Shown here in pieces: positions 17,603 to 27,957 of a stretch of 64,000 nucleotides of DNA. Origin of the DNA: an uncultured delta proteobacterium (lineage in GTDB: Bacteria > Desulfobacterota > Binatia > UBA9968); assembly GCA_963728565.1 (NCBI GenBank), contig CAVSLC010000001.1:64001-128000 (forward strand), given 5' to 3'. The notes beneath the pieces are model-generated. The model was not told the origin of the DNA, searched no databases, and saw only the letters and a list, made by a program, of their open reading frames with translations. The translations under genes were made by a program, and so were the position numbers. The stretch's first letter is position 1. Each line of letters opens with the position of its first letter.

Positions 17603-19819
17603 TTACTTCTTAGCTTCTTTAAGAGCGCGCCAGACACGTTCAGGGGTCAGCGGCAGGTCTTTGATACGAACTCCTGTGGCCCGCTCCAACGCATTGCAAA
17701 CGGATGGCGCCACCGATAACAAACCGCCTTCACCCATACCACGAACTCCATAGGGACCCGGACCGTCCTCGTTCTCCACCAAGACCGTACGGAACTCCTC
17801 AGGAGTATCGTTGAAACTCGGCACTCGGTAATCAACCAGATTCGGGTTGAGCAGATTACCGTTGGCGTCATAGACCATCTGTTCAAACAGCGTATGACCG
17901 ATTCCCATCATAGCCGCGCCCTCTTCCTGGCCGACGCAGCCCTCTGGATGGATCGCCTTACCGACGTCCGCAACGGAAATCAAACGCTTGACGCCAATTT
18001 CACCGGTATCTTCGTCGATCTGGAGTTCGACCATGCCCATGCCGACTTCCCAGAATACCGGCATTTTGTTCTCCGTTAGTCCTGGAGTGGTCTCGCCGTG
18101 TCCGATCAACTCGCCACCGGAGCCTTTACCGAAACGGCGCTCGAGCGCTTCTTGGAACGTCAGACGCGCCTCGCCGCTAATCAGAGAGCCATCCTGAAGT
18201 TTGACCTGGTTCTGTGGCACGCGAAATGTCTCCGCAGCAATCATGACCAATTGTTTTCTCAAATCTCGAGCCGCGCCTTGCACCGCGTTACCCATACAGG
18301 TGGTCGACCGGCTGGAACCCGTTGAGCTATCATAAGGCGTGACTTTGGTGTCCGCACCGGCCACACGAATACGATCGAGCGGAATACTCAATTCCTCGGC
18401 GGCGATCTGGGAGAGAACCGTTCGCACTCCTTGCCCCATCTCGGTGCTGCCGGCGAAAAGATTCACGACGCCGTCGGACTGCAGGCGTGCCATGGCAACT
18501 GATACCGGGGTGGCTCCCGCATTGGTCACGGCGCAGGCTAATCCAACCGGCGCAGCCTTCTTCTTGGTTATGGATTTCCATTGGCTCGCGCCGACGAGCT
18601 TCTTAAGGCCGTAATTCAAATCCGCATCGATGCCTTTAAGACCGGGACGGAGTTCCTCACCCTTTTTCAAGAGATTTTTTTGGCGCAATTCCGCCGGATC
18701 CATGCCTAGACGGGCCGCCGCAATGTCGATTTGTGATTCGCCTGCGAAAATAACCTGCGGCGCGCCGATCGCGCGAAACGAACCCGCGGAACCGGAGTTG
18801 GTATACACCGAATATGCATGCGTCAGAATATTAGGAATCCGATAAGGACCAATGACGCGTGTGGCCGCGCGAATCGTGACGGCCGGGCCATTGTCGTCAT
18901 AGGCGCCGGTGTCGAGATAGATTTCAGCCTCCCGGGCAGTGATCGTGCCATCGTTCTTGAAACCGGTTTTGACCCTCACCTGCGCCGCGTGGCGGCGGAC
19001 TGTGATCATGGACTCGCCGACCGAGTTACAAACTCGAACAGGCGCTTTCGCTTTGCGCGCCAAGGCGACAACCAGCGGCTCGAACTTGGTGTACGACTTG
19101 CTGCCATAGCCTCCACCCAAATATGAGATCACCATCCGCACTCTCGACGTCGGCAAACGAAATACTTTGGCGATATCGCCCCGTACCTGGAAGGGATGCT
19201 GCGCCGAAGACCAAACAGTGACGCCGTCTTCATTCCAATGCGCAATGACGGCGTGCGGCTCCATCGCATAATGATAAACCATCGGAAACGTAAACTGGTC
19301 TTCGAGAACCAAATGAGACTGCGCAAAGGCCTCGTGCACATCGCCGCGGACCACGCTCTCGTGACTGCAGATATTGCCGCTCCGCCCTTCGTGTATCAGA
19401 GCAGCGCCGGGGGCGCGCGCCCTATCGATGCCGATGGCGGCCGGAAGCTCCTGATATTGCACCTCGATTAGCGCGGCAGCCTGTTCAGCCGTCGCCAGAT
19501 CGACTGCCGCAACAGCTGCTACTGGTTCTCCAACGTAACGGACCTTATTCATGGCAATCACCGGGCGCCCGGAATAAATGGCATTGAGATCCGATATATC
19601 GGCATTCGTCAGTACCGCCGCGACGCCTTCAAGCGCCTCGGCTTTGGACGCGTCGATCGAGACAATCCTCGCGTGAGGATAGGAACTGCGAACCACCTTC
19701 CCGTGCAGCATCCCGGGCACAGACAAATCGCCGAGAAATTTCGCCTGGCCTGTAACTTTTTCGATGCCATCTACTCGCGGGACACTCTGACCGACAAACT
19801 TGAGCGATTGTTTGACCAT
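17603..19819 (-). CDS. Xanthine dehydrogenase family molybdopterin-binding large subunit (orphan)
   Basis: EKVTG, HYAMEPH, GGGYGSK, SFRAIG, EMGQG, GMGEGG motifs. Confidence 0.95.
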   Translation of the reverse strand: MVKQSLKFVGQSVPRVDGIEKVTGQAKFLGDLSVPGMLHGKVVRSSYPHARIVSIDASKAEALEGVAAVLTNADISDLNAIYSGRPVIAMNKVRYVGEPVAAVAAVDLATAEQAAALIEVQYQELPAAIGIDRARAPGAALIHEGRSGNICSHESVVRGDVHEAFAQSHLVLEDQFTFPMVYHYAMEPHAVIAHWNEDGVTVWSSAQHPFQVRGDIAKVFRLPTSRVRMVISYLGGGYGSKSYTKFEPLVVALARKAKAPVRVCNSVGESMITVRRHAAQVRVKTGFKNDGTITAREAEIYLDTGAYDDNGPAVTIRAATRVIGPYRIPNILTHAYSVYTNSGSAGSFRAIGAPQVIFAGESQIDIAAARLGMDPAELRQKNLLKKGEELRPGLKGIDADLNYGLKKLVGASQWKSITKKKAAPVGLACAVTNAGATPVSVAMARLQSDGVVNLFAGSTEMGQGVRTVLSQIAAEELSIPLDRIRVAGADTKVTPYDSSTGSSRSTTCMGNAVQGAARDLRKQLVMIAAETFRVPQNQVKLQDGSLISGEARLTFQEALERRFGKGSGGELIGHGETTPGLTENKMPVFWEVGMGMVELQIDEDTGEIGVKRLISVADVGKAIHPEGCVGQEEGAAMMGIGHTLFEQMVYDANGNLLNPNLVDYRVPSFNDTPEEFRTVLVENEDGPGPYGVRGMGEGGLLSVAPSVCNALERATGVRIKDLPLTPERVWRALKEAKK

Positions 19820-19992
19820 TGCTCTCCATCCACAGCTAAATTTTCGTTGAACCTAACAAAGCCATGTTTCCCGCGCAAGGAAAGCTGCGGCGTGCTACAT
19901 GTCAAAAACGAAAACGCGGCGTCGATTGATGACGCGGCTCGGGATCAGCAAACATCGAATGTTAGGAATCGATTGCCACATCGGCTATAACT

Positions 19993-20694
19993 TTGTTCAT
20001 GCGTTTTCCTGATCGGCTTATCCGCGGCATTCTTGTTCGCCGATACAAACGTTTTCTCGCCGATGTACGCCTGGCTGACGGCCGAGTCGTCATAGCCCAC
20101 TGCACCAATACCGGCAGCATGACAGGCTGCGCCGAACCCGGTAGCACGGTGTATATTTCACCCAGCACGAAGGAAGGCCGCCGTTTGCTGTATACTTGGG
20201 AAATCGTCAAAGTCGGAACAACTTGGGTCGGCATTAACACCCTGCATCCCAACCGACTCGTCGCCGAATCCATAGAAAAAGGCGCCATCAGCGAACTGCG
20301 GGGATATGCGGCAATCCATCGTGAGGTGATCACGCGCCAAGGCACACGGTTAGATCTGCGGCTCGATGGCAATGATGGCTTTTGTTTCGTCGAAGTTAAA
20401 AACGTCACACTTGCCATAGATGGTGCGGCGGCATTTCCCGATGCAGTTACCGCGCGCGGCACTAAACATTTGAAGGAATTGATCTGGCTTCGCAGAAAAG
20501 GCCATCGGGCCGCGGTAGTTTTCGTAATCCAACGCGGCGACTGCAACTATTTTCGACCGGCCGATGAAATCGACTCGGAGTACGGTCGCTGGTTGCGCCG
20601 AGCCGTCAAAGCGGGCGTGGAAGCGCTGCCTTATCGAGCACGAGTCACGGCTAGGGAAGTGGTCCTGACCGAGCGGATTGAAGCGAGATTCTGA
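19993..20694 (+). CDS. sfsA: DNA/RNA nuclease SfsA
   Basis: RYKRFLADV, AHCTNTGSM, VEVKNVTL, FPDAVTARGTKHL. Confidence 0.95.
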   Translation: MFMRFPDRLIRGILVRRYKRFLADVRLADGRVVIAHCTNTGSMTGCAEPGSTVYISPSTKEGRRLLYTWEIVKVGTTWVGINTLHPNRLVAESIEKGAISELRGYAAIHREVITRQGTRLDLRLDGNDGFCFVEVKNVTLAIDGAAAFPDAVTARGTKHLKELIWLRRKGHRAAVVFVIQRGDCNYFRPADEIDSEYGRWLRRAVKAGVEALPYRARVTAREVVLTERIEARF

Positions 20695-20835
20695 TCAGAT
20701 CCCCAACTAGTCCGGATGCAGCTCCAACCCTCGTTGAGAGACGCTTTGAGGTGACAATCAACTTAGCCAACAAGATGAATCGGGCCTCAGCTCTGTTAAA
20801 CGGGGTGCCCTAGCAAGGAATAATAGCTCGAAGCC

Positions 20836-21622
20836 TCAGTTCATCAACCGTCCGCCGGAAACGTTGAGCGATTCACCGGTGGTGTGCGATGAGTCGCTCG
20901 ATGCGAGAAATAAAGCAGCTTTTGCGACTTCCTCGTGTTTGGCATATTTTCGCAAAGGCGTCAGCTCCAAGATGCTTTTCTCCAACTGCGAGAATTCCAT
21001 TCCAAGTCCCTTGGCCCGTTCCGCATACATGACCCGCAGGTCGGGCTCATCCATACCACCGGGACAAACGATATTGGCTCTGATGCCGTAGGGTCCGGCC
21101 TCTTTGGCGATGGTCTGAGTCAATCCCAATAATCCCCACTTGGCGGCGCAAAGAGAACCGCGCAGGGCCATACCTTCTTTTCCGGCGGTGCCGGAGATGC
21201 TGACGATGCTGCCGCTTTTCTGTTTCATCATCACTTTTAACACTGCCCTGCAGCACAGAAACACCGCCTTCAGATTAACTGAAAGAACAAGATCCCATTC
21301 CTCCTCGGTGATGTCTTGCACCGGGACTAGCGGCCCGCGCAATCCCGCGCTGTTGACGAGCACGTCGATTTTGCCATGGCGCTCGATAACTTCTGTTCAC
21401 CATGTTGTCGACCTGGGCATCATCAGTGGCATCGGCAATAACAGCGATTGCATTGCCGTCCCGTTGGTTGATTGCTTGCGCCACGCCATCCAATTGCGAC
21501 TTGGCCTTAGCGACATCGACCAAGACAACGTTGGCGCCTTCTTTAGAGAAGAGGTGGGCGATCGCCTCGCCGATACCTCGAGCACCACCCACCACTACGG
21601 CTATCTGGCCAGCTAATTTCAT
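20836..21622 (-). CDS. SDR family oxidoreductase (one frameshift near 21390)
   Basis: MKLAGQIAVVVGGARGIG (ATG 21622, AAGGAG RBS) joins LVNSAG...CAAKWG...TGESLNVSGG; the YxxxK position reads LCAAK. Confidence 0.88.
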
Positions 21623-21680
21623 GATTGCTCCTTTCGGTAGGCAGCCCCACTGCGGAGCCATCCTCTGTGCAACAGAGTTC

Positions 21681-21715
21681 AAAAAAAGAGGGCGACTGCA
21701 TCTGCGGCCGCCCTC
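21681..21715 (-). terminator. Rho-independent terminator after the UbiD gene
   Basis: Minus strand GAGGGCGGCCGCA-GA-TGCAGTCGCCCTC followed by T7. Confidence 0.75.
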
Positions 21716-21739
21716 CTGTAAGCACCACCAGAGTTTTTC

Positions 21740-23231
21740 CTAAGCTTCGATAACTTTCTTCCACTTGTTATAGATCTTCTCGCGCAATTCGGGAGATGAC
21801 TCTGCCACCGGCGGGAACTCTTTCATCCATTCAAACGGCCGGCACGCATCGATGACCGCACGCGAGTTGAAACCCTTCTTACTTGGATGAATGCGCGGAT
21901 CGAGAGGACCGCTCCAGCAACGGCGTAGGATTTCGATGGACTCCACCGGATCCGAACGGCTCGCCAAAGCCCATATAACATCGAACGTATTCGTTGGATC
22001 AATGTCGTCATCGACAACTATCACATAGCGGCCGAGATAAGCGCCGGCATGGACCTGGGAGGCTGCCAGCATGGCTTGACGCGCATGGCCCGGATAACGT
22101 TGCTTGATCGAAATGATGTTAAACAAACGCCCGCCGCCCGCCTCGTGACACCACACGCCTTTGACATCAGGGACGCCGCATTTCTCAACCTGCTCCCAGA
22201 TCAAGGCCGCCTTGACCATACACTTGGCGATTGAATAGTCCGACGGCGGCCGGCCGGGGCGGGCGCAACAGAGAATTGGATCATTGCGGTAGTAAATGTT
22301 TTCAACCCGTACCACCGGTTCCGGACGGCTCGAGCTGGCATAATAACCGGTCCACTCACCGAACGGTCCTTCGGTCTTCCGGTCGGTGGGATCCATCCAC
22401 CCTTCGATGACGATTTCAGCGTTGGCGGCAAATGGTAGTCCGGTGGCTTTACCTTCGATGATCTCGATGGGCGCACCTTTCAGTCCGCCGGCGTAATCAA
22501 ATTCGCCCACACCGTAATCGATCTCGTTACCCGAAACCATAAACAACACAGGGTCCTGACCGACCGAGATAACCACCGGGCAGGGTTTTCCGCGTTCGAA
22601 GTATTTGGCGCGTTGAATGCTGCCATGCTTACCGGGAGAAATGTACAACCCCATGCTCTTTTCGTCATGAACCATGCCGCGGTAGGCGCCGAAGTTAACC
22701 CAGCCTTCATCGGGATCCCGCGTTGTAACCAAGCAGGCAGTGCCGATGAAACGTCCGCCATCGAGCTCGTGCATAAACGGCACCGGGAACTTGAGCAGAT
22801 TGACCTTGTCACCCGAATCCACGTTCTCCAGGATGGGACCTTTGGTCACTACTTTATGCTTGATCGGCTCGTGCGTAACGAGCTTCTGACGGAAGGCTCG
22901 TACCAAGTCGAGATTGGAGAGTTCCAGCGGCAAGCCGAGGTTTAATGCCATTCTTTTAAATGAGGCATTCTGGGCGAAGAGAGTGCGAAATCCTTTCGGG
23001 TAGCCAGGCACGTTATCAAAAAGGACCGCTGGCACAGCCCCAGCCTTTGGTCTCGCGCGAAAGAAGCTCGGCGAGTGTGCCCATTTCGAGATTCCAATCG
23101 GCTCCGTCGATTTTTTTTAGCTCGCCGAAACTGTCGACAATCTCGAGCCAGTCACGTAGATCGGTGTATTTCGGTGTTTTACCGGCTTTGATTTCATCTT
23201 CGGCTAGTTTTCTAGCCTCTAGTGCTGTCAT
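21740..23231 (-). CDS. UbiD family (prFMN-dependent) decarboxylase (one frameshift near 23040)
   Basis: DLRDWL..LKKIDGADWNLEMG N-terminus; DGGRF, NFGAYRG, EGPFGEWTGYY, VVDDDID. Confidence 0.93.
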
Positions 23232-24416
23232 GAAAGTACTCCTTTCGCCTGTGGCGATTCTTTATCGTAGTTCGCTACCATCGTTTCTTCAACACCCTCC
23301 GTATCATCCGCCGGCAATCCATTGCAACTCTTGGGGTCCAAGTGCAAATAAACTTTATCGCCAGGATTCACCGAATGAAATGGGTGCGTGTGAACGGCGA
23401 GAATATCCTCACCGACAGCAATTTTGCACTGGTAAGAATCGCCCATGAAGATTGCTTCCGTGACAGTGCCCTCAAGCACGTTCTCCAAGCTCTGCGGCTT
23501 CTCTTTGTGCAACGGAATGTTTTCCGGCCGGATCGAAATTACCGCCGGACTGATCTTTCTTTAGCCCAGGCGCCGGAATAAAACTCAAAATACCTTTTTT
23601 AGTCTCCATCTTGCCTGGCCTGCCGTCACCGTCAACGTCAAGAACTTTCCCATTAATAAGGTTGGTCAGCCCCAGGAATGTCGCGGTAAATCGCCGTTTG
23701 GGTCGAGTGTAAAGCTGGTGCGGCGAACCGACCTCAATCAGTGTTCCGCCATGCATGACGGCGATCTGATCTGAAATCGCCAAAGCTTCGGCTTGATCAT
23801 GCGTGACGAAGATCGTGGTGATATTGGTCCGTCGCTGCAACGCTTTGATTTCCGAGCGCATCTGCACGCGCAGTTTCGCGTCCAGGTTACTCAGCGGTTC
23901 ATCCAGCAACATAACTTTGGGCTCGTTGATCAGAGCGCGGGCGAACGCAACCCGCTGCTGCTGTCCGCCGGAAAGTTTCGGAGCGGGGCGGTCTTCCAGG
24001 CCGTCAAGTCCTACAATCCTGAGAACGTCTTTGACCCTGCGTTTGATTTCGTCCTTGGATCTACGTTGAATCGTCAGTGGATACGCGACGTTTTGAGCAA
24101 CCGTCATGTGCGGCCAAATCGCATAGGATTGAAACACCATCCCGATCGGTCGTTTGTTGGTGGGAACGTAAACCCGCTCGCCCGAAGCGAAAACCGTTTG
24201 TCCGCCAATGCTGATCCTGCCACCATCCGGCCTCTCTAACCCAGCAACACAGCGCAAGGTGGTGGTCTTGCCGCAGCCGCTTGGGCCCAGAAACGTATAG
24301 AGCAATCCCTCGGGTATGTTCAGCGATACACCCTTGAGAACATGAACGCGTTCCTTGTCTTCGCCGAAATACTTTTCAAGAGCCTCGATTTGAACCATGT
24401 CTCTTCTATCTGCCAT
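23228..24416 (-). CDS. ABC transporter ATP-binding protein, PotA/FbpC type with TOBE domain (frameshift near 23545)
   Basis: GPSGCGKTT, FQSYAIWPHM, LSGGQQQR, LLDEPLSNLD; C-terminal TOBE part in ORF 23228-23512. Confidence 0.92.
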
Positions 24417-24471
24417 ATTTCCTCCGGATGGGTGACGGCTATACGGATCTCACTTGTAAAAAGGATCTAAC

Positions 24472-26163
24472 TTATTGCGCGATCCCTATTTTTGCTCCCA
24501 GCTTACGGGCGATAAATGCCATCACAAGAAGCAACAGAACCATCAGGACTCCCAATGCACAAACGTAGGTGTATTGCCCGCCTTCCCACAAGTCAAATGC
24601 CATGATCGAAAGAACCGTACTGTTGTAAGAATAAAGCAAGATCGATGTGGAAAGCTCCCGTAATGCAATGATACTGATGTAAATCCAACCCGCGGTAAAA
24701 CCGGGCATCAACAGCGGCAGAATAATTCTCTTGAAGGTTTGCAACCAGGTGCCGCCGGCCGTGAGGGACGCCTCTTCGAGTTCCTTGTTGATTTGAATCA
24801 TCGAAGCCGACGCCGCCCGAATGCCGTAGGGCATAAACTTGGTGATGTAAGCTAACAGCAATACCCACATCGTGCCATAGATCGGAATCGGCAATGTGAG
24901 ATACACCCATATCAAGCTGACACCCAGTACGATGCCCGGCATCGCAATAGGAATGAAGGTCATATTGTCCAACAGGGCTCGTCCGGGAAGCTTGGTTTTT
25001 ACAGTTATCCAGGCGATTACCGAGGTGAGCAGCATCACCAAGGTTGCCGAACCGACGGACAGATAGAAACTGTTCTTGAACGCAGTCACAGCGAGCGGAT
25101 AGTTCAATATGTAGTGATAATTAGCCAGTGTCATCTTGCCCATGAGCTCACGCGACGGAACGCCGTAATACGGAATGAACGAGGACCACAGCAGCACAAA
25201 CACAGGCAGAATCACGGCAAGAAAGAATATAAAGAACGACAGCGCGCAAGTGAAATATTTCCATTTACCAAGATCGATCACCCTCGGACGATACCCTTTG
25301 CCGGTAACTGTGGCGTAACGCTCCTCACGGCGCGTAATCTTGCCGTAGATTAAAACGCCAATGCTGCTGATGACCAATAACGTGACCGCGTAGGAGCCTG
25401 CCAACCCGAAGTCCGAAGGAAACTGATGGATGGCCAGAAAAATCTTGGTGGTAAAAACGGAGATCTTGGCCGGCACGCCAATCAGCGCCGGCACTTCAAA
25501 TGCCTCAATGCCGCGAATAAAGACGATCAATAACACACTGAACAGGGCCGGGCGCATCAGAGGCAGGGTAATTCGTTTAAAGGTGGTCCACGTACTCGAG
25601 CCAGCTGTCAGCGCCGCTTCTTCGAGCGAAGTGTCCATGTTGCGAAGGGCGGCAGACATGAGAAGAAATACCAGCGGGTAATCATGGATTGCTTCCGCCC
25701 AGATCATGCCCCACATGGAATAAACGTTGAATGGCGCAGACTCCAGGCCTAGGAGTCCCTTTAGAGTCAAATTAATCAACCCGATCTTCGGACTGAGAAG
25801 AAGGATCCAGGAAATCGTGCTGAGAATCCCCGGAATAATGAAGGGGACCAACGCCATCACGACAAAGACTTTTTTAAATGGAGTATTGGTTCGTTCGCTG
25901 ACCCAGGCCAGGAACGTTCCAATCAAACAGGTGAGCGCGCAGGTTCCGACCGCAAAGTAGAGCGAATTGAGAAAGAGAAGATAAAACTCCTTGTCGAAAT
26001 AAGCCCTGACGTAGTTCTGGATCGTATAGGTAGCACCGGGTTCGCCGATGGGAGCGCTTCTTATGCTGCCGTAAAGCAGCATAACAAGCGGAACACCCGC
26101 CAAGTAAACGACAAAAACGATAGCGCCGATCAGAATCAGGGTCTGGGAGTTTGGACGCCGCAC
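24472..26163 (-). CDS. Fe3+/polyamine-type ABC transporter permease (two permease domains)
   Basis: Two EEAA/EEAS loops, many TM helices; own GTG start at 26163 with AGGAG RBS. Confidence 0.9.
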   Translation of the reverse strand: MRRPNSQTLILIGAIVFVVYLAGVPLVMLLYGSIRSAPIGEPGATYTIQNYVRAYFDKEFYLLFLNSLYFAVGTCALTCLIGTFLAWVSERTNTPFKKVFVVMALVPFIIPGILSTISWILLLSPKIGLINLTLKGLLGLESAPFNVYSMWGMIWAEAIHDYPLVFLLMSAALRNMDTSLEEAALTAGSSTWTTFKRITLPLMRPALFSVLLIVFIRGIEAFEVPALIGVPAKISVFTTKIFLAIHQFPSDFGLAGSYAVTLLVISSIGVLIYGKITRREERYATVTGKGYRPRVIDLGKWKYFTCALSFFIFFLAVILPVFVLLWSSFIPYYGVPSRELMGKMTLANYHYILNYPLAVTAFKNSFYLSVGSATLVMLLTSVIAWITVKTKLPGRALLDNMTFIPIAMPGIVLGVSLIWVYLTLPIPIYGTMWVLLLAYITKFMPYGIRAASASMIQINKELEEASLTAGGTWLQTFKRIILPLLMPGFTAGWIYISIIALRELSTSILLYSYNSTVLSIMAFDLWEGGQYTYVCALGVLMVLLLLVMAFIARKLGAKIGIAQ

Positions 26164-26185
26164 CCTTAACTCCTGAAGGCTGGCG

Positions 26186-27000
26186 CTATGCGTCGATATT
26201 ATGCACGACTTGGTCTGGACCATCGTTTTCTTGACTTCTTCCTCGATCAACGTCCAAAGATGGTCTTCATATTCCAAGAACCTGGGGTCGCGTTTGACGG
26301 CCAGCGGTCTAGGCCGAGGAATGTCGATTTTCATCATTTCTTTCACTCTGCCGGGTCGCGCGCCGAACACGATCACACGGTCGGCCAAATAGATGGCTTC
26401 GTTGATCTGATGCGTGATAAACAGCACGGTCTTCCCCGACTCGCGCCAGATGCGCAACAGCTCGGACTGCATAATTTCTCGAGTTTGCGCATCGAGAGCC
26501 GCAAACGGTTCATCCATGATGAGGATTTCCGGATCGACCGTGAGAGCGCGGGCTAAGTTACAGCGCTGCTGCATACCGCCGGAGAGTTCATGGGGGTAGT
26601 GATCTTCGAAGCCGCCAAGGCCGACCAACTTGATGAACTTCTGCGCCCGCTCTTTGCCTTCGCCGTTATCGAGCCCCTGGCATTCTAGGCCGAAGATCAC
26701 ATTCTTGAAAACGGTTCTCCACGGCATGAGGCAGGAATCTTGAAAAACCATTCCACGATCGGTTCCCGGTCCGGTTACCGGCCGATCATCGATCATCAAT
26801 TGTCCGCCGGTCGGCTTGAGCAACCCATCGGCAAGATTGATGAAGGTGGTCTTGCCGCAACCGCTTGGTCCGACAATGGTGACAAATTCACCTTCGTCGA
26901 CCTGAAGATTGACGTTATCAAGCGCGAGCAGCCGACCTCCGGTACGCGGCTGGTAGTACTCCATCCGTAGATTGACTGCTTTAAGTTTGGTTTGTGCCAC
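26186..27000 (-). CDS. NitT/TauT family ABC ATP-binding protein (3' frameshift creates an apparent fusion)
   Basis: [38 protein letters not shown]; the shifted frame ends DQVVHNIDA* at 26186. Confidence 0.9.
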
Positions 27001-27114
27001 ATGGCCTCCTTAAAATGGGTCTTTTCTCTAAAAAACTTTTTTAATCATCAACAGACGGACAAAACGTCGTACATTTAGCAAAATCAAATCTTTTTTCAAG
27101 CGTTATTCCATAGA

Positions 27115-27143
27115 TTGACAACGCTTAGCCGATTCGGTAGTTT
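27115..27143 (+). promoter_or_regulatory. Sigma70-type promoter of the GntR gene
   Basis: TTGACA (27115-27120), 17 bp spacer, TAGTTT (27138-27143). Confidence 0.6.
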
Positions 27144-27151
27144 CCCCAAAC

Positions 27152-27179
27152 AATTTGCATAAAATATTTTATGCAAATT
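27152..27179. promoter_or_regulatory. Perfect 28-bp palindrome, candidate GntR operator
   Basis: AATTTGCATAAAATATTTTATGCAAATT equals its own reverse complement and ends 7 nt before the GntR ATG. Confidence 0.75.
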
Positions 27180-27186
27180 TAGATCG

Positions 27187-27957
27187 ATGAATTATCCCCT
27201 GAAGCAACCTAAAACTAAATCGCGCGGCAGTGAAAATCTTTCAGTTCGCGTTTACAACGAGATCAAGAATTTAATCTTGTGCAATGAAATAATGCCCGGA
27301 CAAAAGCTCCATCATCAGCAACTCAGCGAACGACTCGGCGTGAGTAGAACCCCCGTTCGCGAAGCATTAACCCGATTAGTGCAGGAAGGATACGTCGCGT
27401 TTCTGCCGAACCGGGGTTTTACCTGCAAAGAAATTAGAATGCAAGAGGCCGAAGAGCTCTACGATCTCCGCGAAGCGCTCGAAGCATTTGCGGTGCAAAA
27501 AGCGATTGAGAAGCTTACCGATGCTGGGCTTGATCAGCTGCGCGAGAAGGTGGATTTGTACGGCGGCGACGTGCAGAATCGGTTCACTAGAGAACGTCTT
27601 ATGTACGATCAGGACATTCACCTTGAGATCGCTCAATTGGCTGGCAACGAGACGTTGAAAAAAACCCTTGGGCATGTTTTTGAGCGGATCGTCTTGAAAC
27701 GCAGAACCGACGGGCTCTATGACGCCGCGCGCGGCGTCAACGCTCATCAACAGCATCTACGGCTGTTGCAAGCGATGGAGCAGCGCAATATCGCTGAGGC
27801 GGTGGGCATCGTGAGGGCGCACATCCGCAAAGGAAAACAGAACGTGCTTTCAGATTTGGAGCAAAGGTTGGCGATCCGAGAATTACGTGCAACAGCAACG
27901 GTTGAAAAACGTGAAAACCAAACACAGAGAAAGGAAGAGAAATGGCCGCAGATCTAG
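27187..27957 (+). CDS. GntR family transcriptional regulator (FCD domain)
   Basis: LGVSRTPVREALTRL HTH; FCD with DQDIH...HQQH...AHI. Confidence 0.95.
   Translation: MNYPLKQPKTKSRGSENLSVRVYNEIKNLILCNEIMPGQKLHHQQLSERLGVSRTPVREALTRLVQEGYVAFLPNRGFTCKEIRMQEAEELYDLREALEAFAVQKAIEKLTDAGLDQLREKVDLYGGDVQNRFTRERLMYDQDIHLEIAQLAGNETLKKTLGHVFERIVLKRRTDGLYDAARGVNAHQQHLRLLQAMEQRNIAEAVGIVRAHIRKGKQNVLSDLEQRLAIRELRATATVEKRENQTQRKEEKWPQI

Noticed and set aside
24472-27000. 842-aa ATPase-permease fusion in the ORF track
   Set aside because: Adding one base near 26215 ends the ATPase at TAG 26186, and the permease has its own AGGAG-GTG start at 26163. The halves belong to different ABC families, so this is probably an indel artefact.
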